Assembly (NCBI GenBank): GCA_938083505.1
Contig: CALKCF010000002.1
Coordinates: 96,001-160,000 of the forward strand
Source: an uncultured archaeon
GTDB taxonomy: Archaea; Thermoproteota; Nitrososphaeria_A; Caldarchaeales; Wolframiiraptoraceae
Length of the DNA: 64,000 nucleotides
Direction of reading: 5' to 3'
Position numbers and translations under genes: made by a program. This document shows, in pieces, positions 59,054 through 64,000 of the stretch (position 1 is the first letter of the stretch; the number at the start of each line of letters is the position of its first letter). A model generated the notes under the pieces. It saw only the letters and a list, made by a program, of their open reading frames with translations. It ran no database searches and had not been told where the DNA came from.

Positions 59054-59731
59054 CTACACCTTACTCACGTAATCTAGGCTGAGTATTTCGTAAACGCCTC
59101 CACTGCCGAACCACTTCTTGATCGCTTCCTTCACCCTAAGCTTTTTCTTAAATAGCGGACAGTCTAGGACAAAGGTTTCGCCCTCACCACCTTCGAAGCA
59201 TATGTTTATTCCAAATCTTTCGCTTAATCGACATAGCTCCTCTATAGCAGCCAGGTCTAACTTCCTACCTAGCCAACTTTTATCAAGACCCTCGGCTGAG
59301 ACAGACGTCACTATAATCTCAAAACCTAAAGCACATTGTTCTCGAAGTAGCCTTTCTGGTTCCATTCCCCAGAGCGGCATGATGCACTTAAGACCAAGTT
59401 CGTTGCAAATCTTCTCGATTCTACTTTTTTGGTAACGGCTTGCGATAACACCCGAAACCAGACCATCTATACCACTCAATCCCTCAAGCGCATTCTTCAG
59501 GTCCTCTACCTCTTCCTCCTTGATTCCCATACTAGGCACCATTACTTGTTTTATACCAACAACATCTGCCTGGTGTCGTGTCATCTCGACGTTTATCCTG
59601 TGAAACATCCAAGAATCCGGATTGTGCGTTATGACAGTCACCAAATATTCTACGGAGTTACCTTCGAGTAGTGTCTTATATATAGCATATGTGCTGTCCT
59701 TTCCTCCGCTAAAAAGGGCTGCAACCCTCAA
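59054..59731 (-). CDS. dph6: Diphthine--ammonia ligase (TIGR00289 PP-loop ATPase)
   Basis: FSGGKDS, S.MFH, IASRYQK.R, PLW, EGGEGETFVLDCPLF. Confidence 0.9.
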   Translation of the reverse strand: MRVAALFSGGKDSTYAIYKTLLEGNSVEYLVTVITHNPDSWMFHRINVEMTRHQADVVGIKQVMVPSMGIKEEEVEDLKNALEGLSGIDGLVSGVIASRYQKSRIEKICNELGLKCIMPLWGMEPERLLREQCALGFEIIVTSVSAEGLDKSWLGRKLDLAAIEELCRLSERFGINICFEGGEGETFVLDCPLFKKKLRVKEAIKKWFGSGGVYEILSLDYVSKV

Positions 59732-59868
59732 AGCCTATTTTTCTCCATTCGACTAAGCAGATTTCAGGAATATTAACCTATACTTACCGGCGATATTCTC
59801 CAAAATTATGTCATTTTCAGTTACCTCTATAATTTAATTCTAGGCACTTCTTTCCATATGATGAGGAA

Positions 59869-61044
59869 TTGATGAGGATATTCAAGGATGAGGGGAAGCT
59901 GTCGCTGGAATACGTTCCGCCTGTCCTTCCGCATAGGGAAGGAGAATTACGCCTTCTAAAAGCCTTCTTCAGCGGTCTCCTAAAATCCAAACAATGTATC
60001 TCAGTTAAGACCATAATATCTGGCTCCGCAGGTACGGGTAAAACCGCCATAGCGAAGCTTTTTGGCAGACAGATGGAGGCCGAAGCTAAGAGCAAACAAA
60101 TGAACCTCAGATACATTCACGTAAACTGTCGTGTGAACAGAACACTCTTCATGATACTTAAGAGAGTTGTGGAGCATCTAAAGATACCACTACCTTCAAG
60201 GGGATATTCAACTGAGGAGCTGATGCATGGTTTCCTAGACTATCTTGCAGAGAGCGATCTCTACATTATTCTAGCACTTGACGATTTAGAGGTTCTGATA
60301 AAGGAGGAAGGATTAGACCCGTTCTACTTTTTAATGAAGGTTGGTGAAGATAGGGACGATAGGATGTCCAGACTTTCTTTCCTATTCATAGTAAGGAATC
60401 CAGAGATATTGAACATATTGGAGAGTGGTGTAAGGGTCGGAATGCTTAATAATATGGTGCACCTTTCAGAGTATAACGCTATTCAACTTTACGATATACT
60501 GAGCTATAGGGCCTCTGAAGCCTTCTTCGATAACGTCATCTTAGAAGAATCAATAAGGTTAATAGCAGATCTGGCCAGTGAAAGGGGCGATGCTAGGTAT
60601 GCCATCGAGACCCTTTGGAGGAGTGGGAAGTACGCCGAGGCCGAGGGGAGCAATGTCGTAACACCCGAACATGTAAGAAAAGCCGCGGCCAGCATATACC
60701 CTGCTATAAAGAAGGAAAACTTGACGTACCTTTCATTACATGAAAAGTTAATACTCTTAGCCATAACTAGGGCCCTAGCCTCGAACGATAAGGCATACAC
60801 CACCTCTTCCGAGCTGAACGAACTCTACAGGCTTGTGTGTGAAGAATATAAGGTCCAGCCTAAGGCATACACACGCTTCTGGGAATACCTCCAAAAGCTC
60901 GAGGATCAAGGCATAATAAGGATAAAGGTGTCCAGCGAAGGGGTAAGGGGGCGCAGGTCGTACATAACATTGCCTGAGATACCAGTTTCAATACTTCAAC
61001 ATGAGCTAACAAGGTTGCTAGAGAGCGGGAGCAGAGAGCTTTGA
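59869..61044 (+). CDS. cdc6: Orc1/Cdc6 replication initiator
   Basis: L..EYVP..LPHRE, G.AGTGKT, VNCR, LDDL, GDARYAI, C-terminal winged helix with RGR wing. Confidence 0.95.
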   Translation: MMRIFKDEGKLSLEYVPPVLPHREGELRLLKAFFSGLLKSKQCISVKTIISGSAGTGKTAIAKLFGRQMEAEAKSKQMNLRYIHVNCRVNRTLFMILKRVVEHLKIPLPSRGYSTEELMHGFLDYLAESDLYIILALDDLEVLIKEEGLDPFYFLMKVGEDRDDRMSRLSFLFIVRNPEILNILESGVRVGMLNNMVHLSEYNAIQLYDILSYRASEAFFDNVILEESIRLIADLASERGDARYAIETLWRSGKYAEAEGSNVVTPEHVRKAAASIYPAIKKENLTYLSLHEKLILLAITRALASNDKAYTTSSELNELYRLVCEEYKVQPKAYTRFWEYLQKLEDQGIIRIKVSSEGVRGRRSYITLPEIPVSILQHELTRLLESGSREL

Positions 61045-61313
61045 GTAGTTGCGTGAAAAGATTGACGATCATCTCAAAAGGAAGGAGGAAGGTGTTGGAG
61101 GTTCTGGCGAAGTTTGGTGAGGTGAATATATCGAAGATAATAAGGCACACATCGCTTAACCATAAAGTTGTGAATGCCTACCTGAAAGAGATGGAATCGT
61201 TAGGTTTAGTGAAGGAAAGGAAGTTCGGTAGGGTTAGGATGTTCAGGCTTTCTGATCCCAGGATAATCACGCAGATTTTCCAGAACGCTTTCGAGCCGAA
61301 GACGTTCTCTTAG
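61041..61313 (+). CDS. Small ArsR-like winged-helix protein coupled to cdc6
   Basis: SKGR.KVL..L, NIS.I...T.LNH..V...L..M...GLV.E..FGRVR.F; TTGA overlap with the cdc6 stop. Confidence 0.8.
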   Translation: MSSCVKRLTIISKGRRKVLEVLAKFGEVNISKIIRHTSLNHKVVNAYLKEMESLGLVKERKFGRVRMFRLSDPRIITQIFQNAFEPKTFS

Positions 61314-62607
61314 GCTTTGTTGCTTTAACCTCTACCTCTTCAATCTCCTCTGGCTTACCTGATAAGTAAGATAACTCGGATCCTGATAGTTCGAAAAATC
61401 TTGCAAGAGCTTTTGCAACATTACCATCTTTCTTGGATATGAAGCTCAGGAAAGGAAGCATCTCGATGTTTGCCTTATATGAAGACATGCGACATTTTGA
61501 GGCTATCTTGCTAGCTATACCGTTCCTTAGTTCCCTTTCATGTTTCGTGGCCTGAAGCATCTTAATTCTTTGTGGGAATGAGAATTTGACAAAACCTTTC
61601 GATGTTTTCTTCTTGGAGATTGCAATACCACCGGTCATTATGGGCACTGCATATCTAAGCAGATTCCATCTTTGCATTTTCTTTATTTTTGTGAAGTATA
61701 GGTCGGCCCTTGCAAGGAAGTCCATAGCACGCTCAAGATCCTCGGGGTCTGTCAGCTGTTGCGGAACATTGTCTAAGACCCAGTCGAAAAAGGTATCAAT
61801 ATCCACATCTATGTTTTCTGTTGATGCCCATGCTTCTTTGATAGTTTTTGCATGAAATACTTGAACCAATGCCGAGAATATCTCCTTGACCCTATCTCTA
61901 TAACCTAACGCTACCAACGTAGAGCCGTTTATTTTTGGCCCTACCATCGCTAATGCTTGAAGGTCGTTTATCGCGGACCTTACATCGCCGTTTGACCTTT
62001 CTGCTATTGCCTTCAGCACACCGTCGCTACATTCCAATTTCTCTAGTATACATATCTTTCTCAAATGGGAGATTATGAGTTGCTTATGTACATGTTTGAA
62101 TTCTATCATTTCACACATTTCCCTTATTGTGGCTAACCTCTGGTCCCACGGGTCGTTTGCAACGAGTACAATAGGCACCTTAGTTTTCTCTATCGCCTCT
62201 TTTATGGCTGGTATCCCTCCAGTATCCTCATGACCTGCTATACCATCTACTTCGTCAACCAAAATTATTCTCTTCCTCATACCGTCGAGTGTTGCAAACT
62301 CGCATGCAGAGCCTACGATCATCCTAACCTTCTCAGCAGTTCTCCAGTCGCTAGCATTTACCTCAACTAGGTCGTATCCTTTTTCCGTGGCGTATGCTAT
62401 AACCAACGATGTCTTACCTACACCAGCGGGCCCATATAGGAACGCTGCCTTCTTTGATGGTTTTCCCTTTTCCCAAGACGTCATCCAATTAAGGAATGCT
62501 TCTATTGCTTCTTTGTTACCGATCACTTCTGAGACTCTTTTCGGCCTGTACTTCTCTACCCAAATAGTAGGGCGTTCCTTATCCGCTGTTATTGCCATCA
62601 CTAACAA
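61267..62607 (-). CDS. rfcL: Replication factor C large subunit
   Basis: WVEKYRP, GPAGVGKT, EVNASD.R, DEVDG, AND, GDVRSAINDLQ. Confidence 0.95.
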   Translation of the reverse strand: MLVMAITADKERPTIWVEKYRPKRVSEVIGNKEAIEAFLNWMTSWEKGKPSKKAAFLYGPAGVGKTSLVIAYATEKGYDLVEVNASDWRTAEKVRMIVGSACEFATLDGMRKRIILVDEVDGIAGHEDTGGIPAIKEAIEKTKVPIVLVANDPWDQRLATIREMCEMIEFKHVHKQLIISHLRKICILEKLECSDGVLKAIAERSNGDVRSAINDLQALAMVGPKINGSTLVALGYRDRVKEIFSALVQVFHAKTIKEAWASTENIDVDIDTFFDWVLDNVPQQLTDPEDLERAMDFLARADLYFTKIKKMQRWNLLRYAVPIMTGGIAISKKKTSKGFVKFSFPQRIKMLQATKHERELRNGIASKIASKCRMSSYKANIEMLPFLSFISKKDGNVAKALARFFELSGSELSYLSGKPEEIEEVEVKATKPKRTSSARKRSGKSA

Positions 62608-62717
62608 ATTTTATTCCAAGCTAATATAAGTTTCACTGAGCCTAATAACTCGCAGACCTATACAAGTTGTTTGTAAATGAATTTTCAGACATTGGTCAAG
62701 TGGTTAAATCCCATCAC

Positions 62718-63722
62718 TTATTTTTTGGTAATTGTGGCTAATTTGGCAAGGAAACTCATAATCTGTACTTCTTCTGATGCACCTTCTGCTATTCTGTAGT
62801 CAATCTCGCCCAAGACATCGAGTAGCTCGACCTTTGATTCCTCCGGAATGTTTAGCGCAAAAATCTCCCTGTAAATTGCCGAGATGAGGTCCCTACCGGC
62901 TATTCCTTGCAAATATAGAATAGCCCTGAGCGCGTCCCTTGCTTCTATAAACTTACCAGACATCGCGTATTCTAGTATCCTCCTGACGTCGCCTCTACTC
63001 ACATACCCTATGACAGTATAAACAGCCTTCTCATCCACAGTCTTTCCGAGTGTAGAAGCTGCCTGTAGGATATTTATGCATTTTCTCATATCTCCTTGTG
63101 CGAAGTCGTATATTGCATCGATGGCCTCATCATCTATCTCCAAACCTTCTGCCTTTGCTATCTTCTTTAAATGGGATGCTACATCGGCCTTGGTTAGGGG
63201 TTTAAACCTAAAGATTGCGCACCTTGACTGTATTGGCTCGATTATCCTGTTGCTGTAGTTGGCTACGAGTATGAACCTACATGTCAAGGAGAATTGCTCC
63301 ATCACACGTCTGAAGGCATGCTGAGCATCGTCAGTGAGCTGGTCACTTTCATCCAAGAGAAGTATTCTGAAGCCAACATTACTGAACGGAATAGACCTCG
63401 CGTACATCTTAACCTTTTCACGGATGGTTGCTATACCGCGCTCGTCGGACGCATTGATTTCCACGAATAGTCCGTCTTTTATATAACCATCGCCATACAG
63501 ATCTCTTGCAAATGCATGCGCTGTCGCGGTCTTTCCCGTACCAGGTGGTCCAGTGAATAGCATATGCGGGACTGCCTTTGTCTTGAGAATGTTTTTTAGA
63601 CTAGAAACTACTTCATGCTGGTTCACTATCTCATCGAGTGCCGCGGGTCTATACTTCTCAATCCAGGGCAGCATACTTACCGCAGACAACTCACGGTCAG
63701 CTTGAGTAACATCCTTAGGCAT
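62718..63722 (-). CDS. rfcS: Replication factor C small subunit (no intein)
   Basis: WIEKYRP, GPPGTGKT, NASDERGI, LDESD, IQSRC, GDMRK.IN. Confidence 0.97.
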   Translation of the reverse strand: MPKDVTQADRELSAVSMLPWIEKYRPAALDEIVNQHEVVSSLKNILKTKAVPHMLFTGPPGTGKTATAHAFARDLYGDGYIKDGLFVEINASDERGIATIREKVKMYARSIPFSNVGFRILLLDESDQLTDDAQHAFRRVMEQFSLTCRFILVANYSNRIIEPIQSRCAIFRFKPLTKADVASHLKKIAKAEGLEIDDEAIDAIYDFAQGDMRKCINILQAASTLGKTVDEKAVYTVIGYVSRGDVRRILEYAMSGKFIEARDALRAILYLQGIAGRDLISAIYREIFALNIPEESKVELLDVLGEIDYRIAEGASEEVQIMSFLAKLATITKK

Positions 63723-63814
63723 AATAAAGATTACTTCGGAACTCTGTAGAAATTTACTTCTATACTGTTCGAGCTCACATTTTTATATCCCATTTATATT
63801 GATAACTTTAAGAT

Positions 63815-64000
63815 ATGGTGATGGGAAAGAACTTATCTTGCATTTGTGGTGCACCTATCGATATCTCGTCACTTATCATAGAAAAAATTGGAGAAGAAAA
63901 TTACAAAATAATATGTCCATCATCAAGATGTCCTTTACGTGAGTTAGGATTCGTAAAAGTAATTCACCACTCGAATCCAAAGTTTGAGGTCAAGTTTTCA
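63815..64000 (+). CDS. Hypothetical zinc-binding protein, 3' truncated by window edge
   Basis: MVMGKNLSCICGAP...ICPSSRCPLRELG, open to window end; CxC and CPxxxC. Confidence 0.6.
   Translation, partial: MVMGKNLSCICGAPIDISSLIIEKIGEENYKIICPSSRCPLRELGFVKVIHHSNPKFEVKFS

Noticed and set aside
59732-59868. Replication origin upstream of cdc6
   Set aside because: Only about 135 bp, with no full ORB with G-string and no clear unwinding element
59869-63722. Inteins in cdc6, rfcS or rfcL
   Set aside because: Protein lengths are normal and Walker A regions are uninterrupted

Overview
Archaeal chromosomal window, roughly 40-45% GC by eye. Gene content (aglB, radB, top6A, archaeal dnaG, pelota, aIF5A, cdc6, rfcL/rfcS, BHB-intron tRNAs, tungsten AOR) indicates a TACK-superphylum archaeon; Aigarchaeota/Caldarchaeales-like is my inference only. 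Most of the window is intact housekeeping and metabolic genes. Decayed patches are an SDR pseudogene (21.0-21.9 kb), a pseudogenised archaellum operon (42.4-47.5 kb) and an accessory zone (53.4-59.0 kb) with a frameshifted HhH/PD-(D/E)xK nuclease and an inverted PadR-ABC locus. There are four tRNA genes (Leu, Ser, Asp, initiator Met; three with introns) and one candidate C/D box sRNA. Strongest leads: (1) tRNA-Asp has a 29-nt BHB intron inside the 3' strand of the acceptor stem (68/69); (2) aglB is flanked by a DC2/OST3-like membrane subunit, a membrane thioredoxin and an unannotated Zn-ribbon gene, suggesting a multi-subunit archaeal OST; (3) an Fgd-like F420 dehydrogenase with an apparent Glu/His catalytic swap, long-type gnd and a tandem-SIS isomerase may form an F420-dependent oxidative pentose phosphate module; (4) an FrhB/FpoF-like F420 oxidoreductase is fused to a TrmB-type winged helix; (5) a SWS1/ZSWIM7-like gene follows a solo top6A near radB; (6) a preQ1-II-like hairpin sits before a QueT transporter. 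No CRISPR array, rRNA, integrase or transposase was seen. All family calls are motif recognition from memory; no database search was run.
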